From Ministeria vibrans ATCC 50519 (lineage: Eukaryota > Protista > Filasterea), in the NCBI GenBank assembly GCA_943704425.1, contig CALSCP010002250.1, forward strand, positions 1 through 64,000: DNA of 64,000 nt, in the 5' to 3' direction. Positions within the stretch are counted from its first letter, which is position 1, and each line of letters begins with the position of its first letter. Made by a program: the position numbers and the translations under genes. This document shows, in pieces, positions 17,223 through 36,227 of the stretch. The notes beneath the pieces are model-generated. The model ran no database searches. It had not been told where the DNA came from and was given only the letters and a program-made list of their open reading frames with translations.

Positions 17223-18035
17223 ATGATTGCTTGGCCCGATGAACTCCTCGTTGGCATTCTGGCACACACAACTCCCCAGACAGCTCTGCAGCTTCGTTGG
17301 TCATGCTCCACTTGGCTCTCTGTTACCACAAGCGACGGCTATCGTGCCTTGAGAAATTTTCTCTTCTTGGTCGACCGACGCGCCACAACGATCAACCGCA
17401 CGCTGCGCCTCTGTGAGCTCCTGCTGCGCCTCTCGCGACACCGGTGGCGTCAGAGTGCCGTCACGGGTGTTTTCAATGCAAGTGCGGGTGCCGTCAGAGT
17501 GTTGTTTGAGAAGGCGCTTGAGATGCAGTCGCTGGAGTGTGTCGAGGCGATTGCCGCCTCACACGCCTTTCCCGTCAACAACCCACTGGGGTTCTTTGCT
17601 TGCAACGTGATCATGGCTGGCTGGGATGGGAAGCGTCGGCAGACGTGTTTCCGCTTCTGGGAGCCTCCACCCGCCCCGAAGCGCACTCCACTGGCACTTG
17701 CAGCGCACGCCGACAATGTGCCGCTGGCCAGTGCGCTGTGGCGCTCTGTCAACGACCAAACACTCATCAGCTGCATTGCCATTGCCATTCATTCAAACGC
17801 CTGTGGCGTCTTGCGTCTGCTCCTGAGCGATCCGCGCGTCAATGCTTCCGATGAGAGAGCATTGCACATCGCCTGTGTGACTGCCGCGGACGGACCAGCG
17901 GACGGACAGCTCGTTAGAATGTCGCTCAAGCGAAATGGATGGTCTCCCGCCGACATTCATGTCGAGCACCCAACTGTTCGTTGCGTTCTGCGTGAAATGC
18001 TATATATCGTCCCGACTGACTCGGCTTCTTCTTGA
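17223..18035 (+). CDS. Intronless F-box + ankyrin-repeat protein
   Basis: N-terminal F-box-like WPDELLVGILAH....ALQLRWSCSTW; ankyrin-like TPLALAAHADNVPLASAL and VLRLLLSDPRVN..ALHIAC. Confidence 0.7.
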   Translation: MIAWPDELLVGILAHTTPQTALQLRWSCSTWLSVTTSDGYRALRNFLFLVDRRATTINRTLRLCELLLRLSRHRWRQSAVTGVFNASAGAVRVLFEKALEMQSLECVEAIAASHAFPVNNPLGFFACNVIMAGWDGKRRQTCFRFWEPPPAPKRTPLALAAHADNVPLASALWRSVNDQTLISCIAIAIHSNACGVLRLLLSDPRVNASDERALHIACVTAADGPADGQLVRMSLKRNGWSPADIHVEHPTVRCVLREMLYIVPTDSASS

Positions 18036-18067
18036 ATTCGTATCTAACATGCATTTTTTAACTGTAT

Positions 18068-20483
18068 TCAATTTCGGTTCACAAACTCGTATTGAACGTT
18101 AGCGGGGCGGGCAGTGGGACGCATCAGCGTTGCACCGTTACCTCTGACACGAATCTCACGGAACTGCAGCACGAGTTTACACACCATCACCTGAACAGAG
18201 ACAATATTATATATGTATACACACAACAACAACAACCCAAGGTCCAGTGTTATGCTACCTTCATGAGCATGATGGCGTAGCGACTAGCCACACAGCTGCG
18301 CGCGCCCTGCGAAAAGGGAGTCATGCGGTACGGACAGCCCGTCGTGTTTCCTTGCTCGTCTGAACCAACAAAGCGCGACGGACGGAACGAGTGAGGCTCT
18401 TGTGGAAAATTCTAAATGAACCAATGCATTGTAAGTAATCCAATAACAATAATAATTATTATTATAATAATAAAAATATAATTATTATTATTATTATTAT
18501 TATTATTGGGGAAGTCCCAGGGAATAAAAAAGCTTTTGATTGTGATAATGATGACATTGAGTACAGCTCTCGATTCTCTATTATTAATTATTATTATTAT
18601 TATTTTTGTTGTACCGATTCGTGACGATGTGCCATTGGGTGAGACTGACCCACAATGGTTCCTTTGGGGATGTGCTGGCCACAGATGGTGGCGTCGCATG
18701 CAGCAATGCGGTCAAAAGAGAGCGACAGGGCACCGAGACGGAGTGTTTCAAGGATAAAATGATGGAGGTGGGGCAGTAGGTTGATGGAAGCGTAGTCGTT
18801 GAGGTCCGCATTTTGGCTCGTCGTGAGCTCAGTATGAATCAGTACAAGCTCGTCTGGGTTCTGTGCAAGATAGTACAGAGCCCAAAGAACACCCGACGAA
18901 CCAGACTGATAGCCGGATGCCAGTGACGACACAATCTCATTGGCAATGTCAGTGGAGGGCATCGCACGCGACAGCATCGCGCCCACAATGTCATAGTTAG
19001 TGTTGCTGTCGGGCTGTTGGCGACGCACATCAGCCACCTGTGTGGCAGCCGCACGCACACGCTCAATGGTTGCATGCATGTCACGCAGTCCAGGCAACCA
19101 TCGACTCAGTCGGTCCCACACAGGCTGTCCAATGAGCAGATAGCCCGTCACGTATCGCGCAAAATTCCGCTCCGTTGCGCCACACATTTCAATGAGCCTT
19201 GGCGGATCAATTCCAAGCGCATCTTTGCCACCCACGCCCACATCGCACACATTACCCATCATGTACTCGGAAATGTGCGCGTCGGCACTCTGAAACCCCT
19301 TGGTGTTCTAAGGAAAGAGGAGTGAGAAGGGTGGAGTTGAGATGAAGTTGAGATATTAATTGGGTATGTTACCTTGAGCGCCTGAACAAGCTCATCCGCC
19401 AATCCACTTGCGACAATAAAGTGCTGCTCGGGGTGTTCAAACACTTGTGAAACAGCGGCTCGCACACGAGTGTGGTGTTCGCCCGTGAGCGTGGGAAGAC
19501 CGGGGTTCGTCAAAGACACCTGAAAAAGTACACACACGTCAAGAAGATTAATAGTGTAATAATTATTAAAAAATGGTCTGAGAAAATGAAGCATGATAAT
19601 TGAACCAGAAATAATTATTATAATGAATTTTAAAAGATGAACTCAGTAACAGTCCAAAAATTATTAATTATTATTATTATGACTATTCTCGGTCGGAAAA
19701 ATAAACAATCGAACAAATTACTAGAGACACGCTCTTGCTCAATCTCTTTATCATCCTGTTCACTGGAATATCTCCTTGAGACCCGTGACTTGAGTCTCAC
19801 GTGAGTTTGCGTGGGCGAAATATATTTCTCTCGTTAGCGAAACACACAACATTTTTTTCGACAAAAGTGCTCGACCGAAAGAATACAAATAAGCCAAATA
19901 GAAAGAATTTGGGCCACATTTGCAAGGCCTTTAGGTGTAGAACAGTACAATCATTTGCTAGACCATCATTTAACGAGACGACCGGCTCGCATACTGACGC
20001 TAGAGCGATTCTCGCTTGATTTTGATACTTTTTCTCTCTTTTTTTGAGTCGACTCCACTTTTTTAACGGTACCGCATTCTCGTAGACGGGGGCCTTTGGG
20101 AAGGTCTGGGTGTTGGTGTAGACCTCGTGCATTGCATTGGCGTCCAGTGTAAGCAGCCAGGGCCCGCCCAGAGCGACTCCGGCGCTGTCAACAAGCGATG
20201 CGCGTCAGTCCCAGGACGAAGTTTTTCTCGTCTGCTTGTCGTACCGAGCAAAGGGGGTCTTTCCGGCGCAGCTGGCACTGCGCACTACCGTGTCAAACGC
20301 CAAGGTCTTCTGTGCAGGGTAGGCCAGGAGCGCGCGCGGCAGAGCGGGTGTGTGGTGGAGTGGGGATGAATACGCCAAATATATCCAATAGCAGAGGCGC
20401 ACAATCAGACGGCCCACGACGAAGGCTGCCGCGGTGACTACCGCCGCTCCAGCTGAAAGGAAAATGGTATTGGTAAGAGACAT
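18068..20483 (-). CDS. Cytochrome P450 (divergent), 6 exons
   Basis: N-terminal TM anchor; I-helix SSLASGYQSGSSGVLWALYYLAQNPD; K-helix FILETLRL (ExxR); HIPKGT; PHSFRPSRF (PERF-like); heme motif PFSQGARSCVA; stop at 18068-18070. Confidence 0.9.
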
Positions 20484-22033
20484 TTTTGCAGAAATAAATA
20501 ATATAAAAATTGAATTCAATTTCTCTTGTGAGGAAGATATTTCCAATTTATTGTCAATCACAAACGAAAAGCGACAACACAAACAGCTCAGAACCACTTT
20601 CTAAGCTACGAGAGCGTCGAGAGGGAGCAGAGACAGGTTGGTTGATGGCCAGACAAGTGACGCGACTTCTGAATTCTGATCCTGTGAAGATCCTATGTTC
20701 GTTGCACGAGTTGAATCCTATGACTTGTCCAAAGTTCTTGCTTGCCGCCGTCGGAGTTTGCTTTCGAAGTTGACAGTTGTGGGGGTTGTCTCGTATTCGT
20801 CCCGTAAACACACCACAATTTCACCACAATAGCTCGTGAATTCTACAACTAGGAGTAAAACTTCAGTAAAACAAACTGGCTGGCACTCAAAACTCTTCGC
20901 GATCCAGGACTCCAGCGAGCATACTGAGAAGGGATTAGAATAGTTTGGTTGAGAGCAGCGAATACAAAAATGATGCGTAAGATTTTCATCAGATCTCTTA
21001 TCTGTCAGACAGACAGACTAATAATGCGAAAATAAATCAGTCATGAGTCATGCATGAGAGTCAGTCATCGAACAGTAATGAGTAATAATACAGTCTCATT
21101 TTTTTCTTAAAAGTGCCCCTTAAACCCCTATTCTTCTTCAACAAAACTGTAAGCACACGTGCATAATGTCTTAGGTCTACGTGTTCCCCGAGCTCGCAGG
21201 GCTGTGTGAAGACTTTTACATACGTTGAGGGGATATCCAAAATTGTTTTTGATGTGTTGAAAAAGTGTTGAATCCGCGTTGAATGGCGAGTATTGCCCAC
21301 CATACTACGCATGCCTCTGTGGTGTTTGAACCTTGATGGGCAAATAGGGCAGATTACAGATGCAACTGGGGGTGGCGTGAGTGCTGCAATCATAACCGTC
21401 CAATAATTGTTAATATGACGTGGCCCGGATTCGGCCCGGACTCGGACCGGGACCGTGTGATAATGATCTTGGGGCTATCGGCCGCTTTCTTTGACAGATT
21501 GGTCATTGCCCATTCACGCCCCATTGCCCATTGATTGTTGTGTAGTGTGTACGAAGGTGGGAGACTTTCTGTCTCCTCTTCTTTTTCTGCACTTCGTTTT
21601 TCGCTTTTTTTTTGATCCGTCGGAATTGTTTGTTTCAACAAAAATCCAAACAATAGCTCCAAGCTCAACGGTTCTGTCGGTTCACAGCTGGTTTGTTTGG
21701 TTGGCCCAATGCGATTGGGATATCCGCTAAAGTATCATTTGGTTGGAGAGACGCACGAAAGATCTACACACGAACTACACGCACCTTTTTCACACACCGC
21801 CTCAAAATATGTGTGTCTTGTGGGGATTACGTTGGATTTTCATGGAGGGAAATTATTTTCTGTGTGTATGTTGTTTCTGCAGGGCTGACAGTACTGCAAA
21901 TGTACTCCTCCGTGGGTTTATTTCGCTTGTTGGGGACTTGCTGTATTTTTGGGGTGCTTATTATAACCCTAGCGAGACCCTAAAAGAAAGAAACCAACAC
22001 ACCCTACACTCTTTGATCCTAAGTCTAGGAGTC

Positions 22034-22389
22034 ATGGCTCGCTTTCTCTTTGCTGTTCTTCTGGTTGCCGTGGGAGTCCTGGAGACGGTGAATGCTTCTT
22101 TCCTTCGCTGTCGGTAAGAAGAGATTTTAGTGTTGCAGTTTAATGTCACATCTGTTACACTTTGTTCTTTATTGTTCTTCTTCTTATTATTATTATTCTT
22201 CTTCTTATTCTTCTTCCCCGTAGGGCTGAGTTTTACTGCACAGGTGGCACTCTTGAAATTCCATCGCAAACACCAGCGGTCAATAATTATCGCGAGGCAA
22301 CTTGTCAAGAGGTTCGTTGATAGACGATAGTATGTGATTATATTCAACCATTCTAAAGTGAATGCTATACGACTAAGACGTATTATTTT

Positions 22390-22482
<93 letters not shown>

Positions 22483-22752
22483 GTTCTCATTATTGCTCAA
22501 TAATATTCTCCGTAGCTTGGAACGGGCTTTTCTTTCTGCCGCGTTGATGTCTACTCGAGTGTTTCTGTCGACGTCAACAAGGTTCTGAAGGCTGATGGCA
22601 AGAATTTCATCTTCTTCAACGCCAAGTTTGACACGTCCCAGTGCAACATTGGAACGACCACTGCCGCGAATGATATGATGCCGGGAAGTGTTGCGACAAG
22701 CGACGCCCTGTCGTGCACCATGCTCGCGCGCGCTGATACTGTGGCGTCATAA
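22034..22752 (+). CDS. Small secreted Cys-rich orphan protein (~134 aa, 3 exons)
   Basis: Signal peptide MARFLFAVLLVAVGVLETVNA. Two GT-AG introns (phase 2 and phase 0, the second filled by (ATT)n) join to SFLRCRAEFYCTGG...EATCQELGTGFSFCRVDV...SQCNIG...ALSCTMLARADTVAS*; six Cys. Confidence 0.7.
22392..22482. repeat. (ATT)n microsatellite in an intron
   Basis: Near-perfect ATT run. Similar (AAT)n tracts occur at ~18450-18510, 24540-24670 and 54955-54980. Confidence 0.95.
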
Positions 22753-23131
22753 CTTTCTTTTGAAGACGGCACAATACAGATGATTGTGCTACAAACTTCC
22801 TACAAGATTGATCCATTGTGTTTGATTCTTTTTCCTCTTCACCGGCAACACAGAACTTTGTGTACACCTTGCGATGGTGTACTTCGCGATCGACTAATTA
22901 ACGCCAAACTCCCCCTGCGTTTCTCTGGCTCTGTTGGTCGATTTACCCCTTGACTTATAGTACAGGAGGCGTCTTTTGTGCGACCCTTTTAAACATAATC
23001 CGGGTCAACCCTCTCGGGTATATGTCGGTATGTCGGTATGATCCCCGACTTCTCGTACAATGCACATGCTCATGACAAAAGAAAAAGAAAAAAAAATATT
23101 AAAAGACACGTTTGGTTGGTGGATATGTGCT

Positions 23132-24409
23132 TTAGACAGCTGTGCCCACCGGTTGTTGTTGCTGCTGCTGGCGCTGTGTAGCATTCTTCACAGTCTCACC
23201 CGCTCCATTCCCCTCTGCCAGCGCACTGTCCGTGCTCTCGGTAAAGGCAAACCCTTGATGCAGCGGTGCCTCCTCGTCGTCGTCCTCCTCCGCCTGTGCC
23301 CGCTCCCACTTGGTCAGTAGCTCACTGCTCACCGCCGAAAACGTCATGTCAAAGTCCCATGTCACATCAGGCTCATTCAAATGCGCCTATAGCAACCCAG
23401 AGTATTAGCATTGATAATAATTTACAAAAAAAAACGTACCCGGGGCACAAGGGATTTGAGAAGAATTGACAGGTCGGCATTTCCATCCACTGCGGGTGCC
23501 ATAAAGCCACTGTGCTGCAGGAGCGCAGAGTCAAGCTCGCGAATGGTAGCCACGCGCGACGATTTGATGGCAGGTGGTGCAGCAACAGTTGTCGTGAGGT
23601 CTGCACAACACAAAAACAATGTCATGATCAAATAATTCTCCGTCAAAGTTCTCTACCTGACGACCCTTCCTCTGCTTGCTTGTCTAAATCCGGAATGACC
23701 GGTCCGTCTGCATCATCATCGTTGCCGTTGTCATTGCCACGTGTTTGCGTAGCGCCACTTCGAGCAGCACTCGCGCCCTGTTCGTACCCGCCCATCGAAC
23801 TCACGTCCAACCGTGTTTGTTTGCTCTCGCTACTCTGACTCCCACTCTCCAGCACTCCGCTGCGGTCGCGCATCTTCTTCTTGCTCTGCTGCTCCTGTTC
23901 AAACTGATTCTCGGCAGGCGTCGCCTCCGTGTCCACCGCCCACCCTTTGGTGGCCTTCTTGGGAGGACCTGCACATTCCCACACGTCACTCACGTCAATC
24001 CATGTCACCAAACACACCATAACAATAATAATACTGTCATATCCCAAATTCATATTAACCAACACGCTTCCACTCTCTCTTTCTCTCTCTCTTTCTCTCT
24101 CCCTTGTACGCACCACGTGTTACTTCAGTCCACGACGTGCTTCCACCACAGTGGGCAGCTTGCAGGTGGAGCTGAAACTGTCTTTCTTTCGTTTTTGAAA
24201 AAGTTCAAACGATTCGTTCTCTCTCACTTCACTCTTCCCCGAGTCACATTTCCCAGCAGTTGAATAGTACCATCATCATCGGCCGTCTCGCTTCTGTCTA
24301 GTGCCGCGGGATCCGGTAAAACCCTTCCCGATCTCTTTGTTTGAGACGATGTGGAAATATCAATGGCGGTTGTGTCGAGGCCTCCTTCGTCGTCAAGGAC
24401 ACTCGTCAT
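23132..24409 (-). CDS. IFT43: Intraflagellar transport protein 43
   Basis: PVIPDLD..AEE / DLTTTVAAPPAIKSSRVATIRELD / DGNADLSILLKSL / EPDVTWDFDMTFSAVSSEL match the conserved IFT43 C-terminal domain; short GW motif upstream. Confidence 0.88.
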
Positions 24410-24539
24410 AGTGAGACAGTCAGACAGATAAGTGAGTTGTTATCGTAAAGTTCAGAAAATAATGAATAATAATTAGAAGAATACAACCCATTGAATAATC
24501 ATAAAAATTTAATCGAATAAATCGATCGATATTATTTTC

Positions 24540-24592
<53 letters not shown>

Positions 24593-24750
24593 TAATAATA
24601 ATTAATTTTCAACTAGTCATTGGAGATCTATTATAATAATAATAATAATAATTATTATTATTATTATTAATAATATTATTTTTTTATTATTATTCTTATA
24701 TTATTATAGTATTAAATTTTTATAGTATATGATATTTTGTACACTTTGCG

Positions 24751-27094
24751 TCACTCCCCTCCACCTGGCTGCGCATGATTGCCGTGGGTGGGCGTCACAA
24801 ACGGATGCTTGTGCTGGGCGGCGGCGGACGCAGATGATCCAGGCGATGGCGACGCCTGCATGTCAACCTGCATGTTGCGCGCCGCCACCGAACCCTCGAG
24901 CACAGCCGCCTGTGCAATCTGACGTCCCAACTCAAAGGTAGAGCTGCGCTGTCGACGGAGCGCGGGTGAGCCCACCTGTGACGACGGCGACGCGTTCAAC
25001 GAAATGGCTGCAAGTCGCACCAGGTCCGGCTCGGACTGTACCAAATCAATGACCGACTGCGACAGTGACTTGGTCTGAGGTGCAGGTGAACAGCGCACAC
25101 TCGACGACGACTGGTGGGCGCGCAGCCGACTCACAGAACGTGGCGTGGCTGCACCTCCGCCAGCAAGGCGCGATTGCGAAGGCGGAACGGGTGTCACACC
25201 GTGATGAGGGGCACGCGGAGTGCCCGTGCGACTCCCCGTGGGTGTGTGTGGCGCTGTGGGTGGCATGCGGCCCAAGTCGGGAGCGCTTCCGCCCAGCGTC
25301 ATCCCCAAATTGGTGCCGGGTCCCGAGGCAAACTTGCGCCGACGCGCCTGCTCCTTGACACGACGGTGGCGTGTCACTGCACTGCCAATGCCCAGTTTAT
25401 CAAAGACCGACTTGCGCAGTCGATCCTTCTGTTGGACCGACAAAGGCGCTGGTACCGCACTGGGCGAGACCGGTGCCGACATGGCAGCGTCGACAATGTC
25501 GGTGTTCGTGGGCGACAGCAGTGGTGGCAGAGTGCGGTTCGACGGAGGCGACGACTGAGCCGAGCTGGAGCGACTGGGCAAAAGGTCATTTGCTGCGAGT
25601 AATGGTAGAGTGAATCCAGAGGGAGCGCCCGGTGAGCGCGGGAGGGGTGACGACGGCGACAGCACCACCGTGGTAGTGGTATTTCCTGCCGCTGTCGCTT
25701 TCGTTGTTGTCTTCTTCATTTGCTGCAGTGACGAAGGCACAAGCATCTGCTGGGTACGAGAAAGTGTGTGTGTGCGGGGAGGCGACACTGGCGCTGCCAT
25801 GGTCCCTGGTGGCGTCATGGCCCGCTCGCTCGCGGCTGCACGCGCCTTCTTGTCGTCTGTCGTCTCGAGCACACGCGTGCCCGCATTGTCTCGCACACCA
25901 TCTTTCCCAGAAGTACTGTTGTCGTTGTCCTCGTCTACTTTTTCTTCTTCGTCGCCCTTGAGCTCCACCTCAGTCACCACCTCGTCATAAAACACCGGCT
26001 GTTTTGCGCGATGATGTTGTAGCTTCTTGGGACTCACACTGATTGTGTGTGTCGAGCGACGCGGCAGACGCGAATGAATGCCCTTGTCGCCAGGCGCAAA
26101 ACGAACGGGTGAAGCGTGTGTGTTCATGCGAGGCGTCGACACTGGCGAGTTTTCAGCTGACTCCATCATTCGATTGGCCATCGCCTGCGCACTCACAGCG
26201 CCCTGTGTCGCACCCCCAATGCTCACGGCGCCATGCGAGCCATCCTCGACCAGCTGACCGCGTACTCGCTGCTGAAAGAACTCGCCCAATTTGCGCAACG
26301 TCGACTGTCGCTGCTGATGGTTCATCACTACGCGCTTGTGCGACTCGCGTCGAGAGAGTTTTGGTCGTGGGCTCACCGTACTCGACGTTTGTGGTGTCAT
26401 GGAGAGACGTCCACTTTGTTTGGTGAGCAACGACGGTCGCTGCGATGATGGTGGTGTTGTGGCCGTAGACTGGTGCCGTTTGGTGGTCGCTGCTCGTTCG
26501 CGTAGCCACGCGAGATGATGCGCGTCACGTGCGTCGTTGTCGTATGTGCGCACCGGCAGCATGCCCACCAAGGGTGCTGCAGCATGAACAGCAGTGGTGC
26601 GACTCTCGTGTGAGCTCACGGACGAACCGCCTCCGGCGTCCATCAACCCATCGGCGAGCGTGTGGCTTCCTTGCTGTGCATACAGTCGCTGGTACAGCCG
26701 CAGGAGTTTAGCTGAAGGCGCAACCTGATGGTGCTCCATGAGTTCACGTTGAGTCTCAATGATTTGCGACATAGTGGTCTGGCGCTCCACTGTGTCGCTA
26801 TGGCGCTGCTGCAAATCATGCAGCATGAGCAACTGCACGACGGACGCCGTCTCAAACTGAACATTCTCCAGCTCAAGCATGTGCGAACGGTACATGTGGT
26901 AGAAGAGACGACGCGTCGTGCTCGTAATGGCCAGCGCATGTACACGCTCCTCAAGTCCTTGTGCCTGTTGTTCGCACTGCTCCAGCTCACGTGCCAACTG
27001 CTCCTTGAGCACATTATTCTCTTGTTGGTTCTGCTCAATCGTCGCAATGTCTGCGCGCGCCGAACTCACATGCGCCGGCTCACTCTCGCCCTCT

Positions 27095-27179
<85 letters not shown>

Positions 27180-29640
27180 GCTGTTGTTGTTGTTGTTGTT
27201 GCTGCTGCTGCTGTTGCTCCCAAGGAGTCACATACTCTGCGCGTAGATTGGCCACGTCGGTGCAGTTGCGCAGTGCCTGCTCATCAAGATCCATCAGGGC
27301 ACGCATGTGCTGCAATCGCATTGAAAAGTTGTCCTGAATTGCATCGACCAACTCCAACAGCTCTTCACGTTGCTTCTTCCTCTGTCTCACACTCCCTTCC
27401 ATTTCTGTCCCTTCTCCTCCACTTCCAACGTCACCTGCATCGTCATCATCTTGTTCCATTGCTGGCGATAGAGTGAGTGCAGAGAGAACTGAGGCCGAGC
27501 GAGCAGCAACCGCATGTGACTTGGCAACGGGCGACGGAATCAGCGAGGGCGCAGTCCCATCCAACTCCACACTTGACGACCGTTTGCGAGGCAAAGTTGT
27601 ATGCACACTACTCTTCTCCCCACCTCGTTCTTCTCCATCTCCTTCTGCTGGTTCTCTTCCCCCTTTTGTTGCTGTCGCTGTGGTTTCTGTGCTAGAAGAT
27701 ACCACCACCTGTTGTCGCAGTCGTGCAATCTCCCCCCTTAAATCACGAATGATACTCGTGTACTACATTGGCGATTCATGTTTCAGTCGCTTCCTTCTTC
27801 GTTTCTTTTTCCCTCCTCTGTCTGTGTGTGTGTGTGTGTGTGTCTGTCGGTCTCTCAGTTTACTTACCTTTGAGGCGGGTACATCAATGGCATGCACCAT
27901 GTTCTGCGTGAGGCGTGCCTTGATATTCTTGGTGCGGTTGGCATAGACAAGAGTGTTGTGCGTCTCGTCGTACTGTCGGTCGCTCGGGGACAGGCACGCA
28001 ATCATGACGGTGCGACAGTTGCCACCAAGTGAGTCCTTGAGTAGTCGGGTGAGCTTGGAGTCGCGGTAGTTGACAAAGCGGCCGTGTGCGGCCAACGCAT
28101 TGATGCAGTTGCCCAGGGCAAGCAGTGATCGGTTAATGGAGGCGCCTTCAGCAAGTCGCTGGCCTGTGTTGCGCGTAACAGCTGCGCGTTCACTGCCCGC
28201 CAGGTCCACCAGACTTAGCTTGGAGGTGCGCACGGCGGCGCGACGCACGCCAATGGAGTCTGCAGGCTGCTGCGAGTGCGCGGCGACGGTAACTTGAAGA
28301 ACGGCGTGCGAGCGCGATGAGTGTGTGTTAGAACGTGTTGCTTCGGTGGTACGTCGCGCGTTGCCTCGACTCAACAGTGACATGATCTCGTCGGCACTTG
28401 TGACGCTGAGCTCCGTGATGCCTGCAACCACTGACCCACCGCTGAGGGGATCTTCGCGCAAGTCCAGCGTAGGAGCGGTGGCGGTACTGACGTTGGTCGA
28501 CGGTGTGGCGAGCAGGTCGCGAATGGTCTCGTTGTAGATTTCGAGGTAGGAGATTGACACGTGAAAGTAAGCCTCACGATGAACCGCGCCCTTTCCCTTG
28601 TATTGGTGCTGACGAGGACTCGATGCCGACGACACGTGGGTAGCTGTAGCTGTTGCTGATGTTGCTGCTTCTGCTGCTGCTGCTGCTACTGCGGGGGCGC
28701 TGGTTTGTTGCTGGTGCTCCTCCTTTTGACGCTGCTGGTGCTGTTGCATGGCCACAAAGAGGTCTTGTAGGGCGAGGGCCATGATGCCCGGATCGACGGA
28801 CGAGCCAAGCATGGTGTGCGTCTTGCCCGTGCCCGTCGGTCCATAGGCAAACACGGTGGCATTGTAGCCCTCGAGAACACTCTCGATGAGCGGCCCTGCG
28901 GTCGCCCTGTGCACGTCCAAGTTGTTCGCCTCGCCATCGAGCGCCAGATCGAATGCGAACTTTTTAGAGCGCGCCTCGACGCCTCGCCGTGACTTGAATG
29001 CATCTTCAATGTCCGTGGCGGGGCGTGGATCGGAAATGACGATGCACTGAGAGGAAGAGAAAGTCAAAGTTTCGCTCGTTACCGTGGCAACAAAATTAAA
29101 CACGAAAACATGCGCTGCCGAGCTGCTGTCGCACTATGGTATGCTCTTTAATCCCACTTGCGAATCTATTAAGGCGCAGCGGATGGTCTCAGAGAGTCGC
29201 AGAGAATAGCGACAGCTTCAAATGACGTGCGACATTTTTTTTTTGTCTCTTTGCAAAACTTCAGCTTTCTTTTGCGTAAAGTGACAGGCTGTGCACACAC
29301 AACTGGACGGCGCGCACTATCACAATACATCCATGCTTCACGTACCCGCTTGTCAAACACGCGCGAGATGTCCTGGTGGCTCTCATTGGCTTCTGAGGCG
29401 GACAGCGGTCTCACGCGAACCACCACCTGAAGCTGCTCTTCACGACGACGGGCGTCGGGCGCCGCATGTGCACGCAGGGGCGACGGGGCGCCTGCCACTG
29501 TCACCGCGAGTCGTGCCCCGCCATTCAGGCTCAGTGGCGGAAGGCGCCGCGGAACCGCAGCGTGCGGTTTGGCTCTCTTGACACGAGCCGCGCTGGCATT
29601 CGCCAGTGGGCGAAACGGAGGTCGATCGAGGCTCTGAATC
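24751..29640 (-). CDS. Kinesin-8 (KIF19-like) with polyQ and long disordered tail; start codon unresolved
   Basis: VVVRVRPL, GYNATVFAYGPTGTGKT (P-loop), YLEIYNETIRDLL, SSRSHAVLQV, LVDLAGSERAA, EGASINRSLLALGNCINAL, NYRDSKLTRLLKDSLGGNCRTVMIA; neck YTSIIRDLRGEIARL (KIF19-like). Confidence 0.9.
27096..27217 (-). repeat. CAG/CAA repeat encoding a ~40-residue polyglutamine tract in the kinesin stalk
   Basis: (CTG/TTG)n on the plus strand, in frame in the kinesin ORF. Confidence 0.95.
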
Positions 29641-29769
29641 TTGGAAAAAAAAATTAAATTTGAAATGAGAGGAATACAATATTAATTTATATTCGGAATG
29701 AATAGTCATTCGTCAAAAAGAACATGAAAAAAATTTAAATTTTTTTATAAAAAAATTGGTTGAAACAGG

Positions 29770-36098
<6,329 letters not shown>

Positions 36099-36227
36099 AG
36101 AGTGTCAAGAGAAACATGGGGAAACCCCCCCTCTCCCCCTGCGTGCGTTAGAGTGAATGAAAAGTTAATACCTATGACTGGATCATACCCAAAAAAAAAA
36201 AAAAAAAAAAAAAGAAANNNNNNNNNN

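Noticed and set aside
19684-19886. Imperfect inverted repeat (TATTCTCGGTCG / CGACCGAAAGAATA) in a P450 intron, possible MITE
   Set aside because: Short, gapped, no clear target-site duplication and no second copy in the window.
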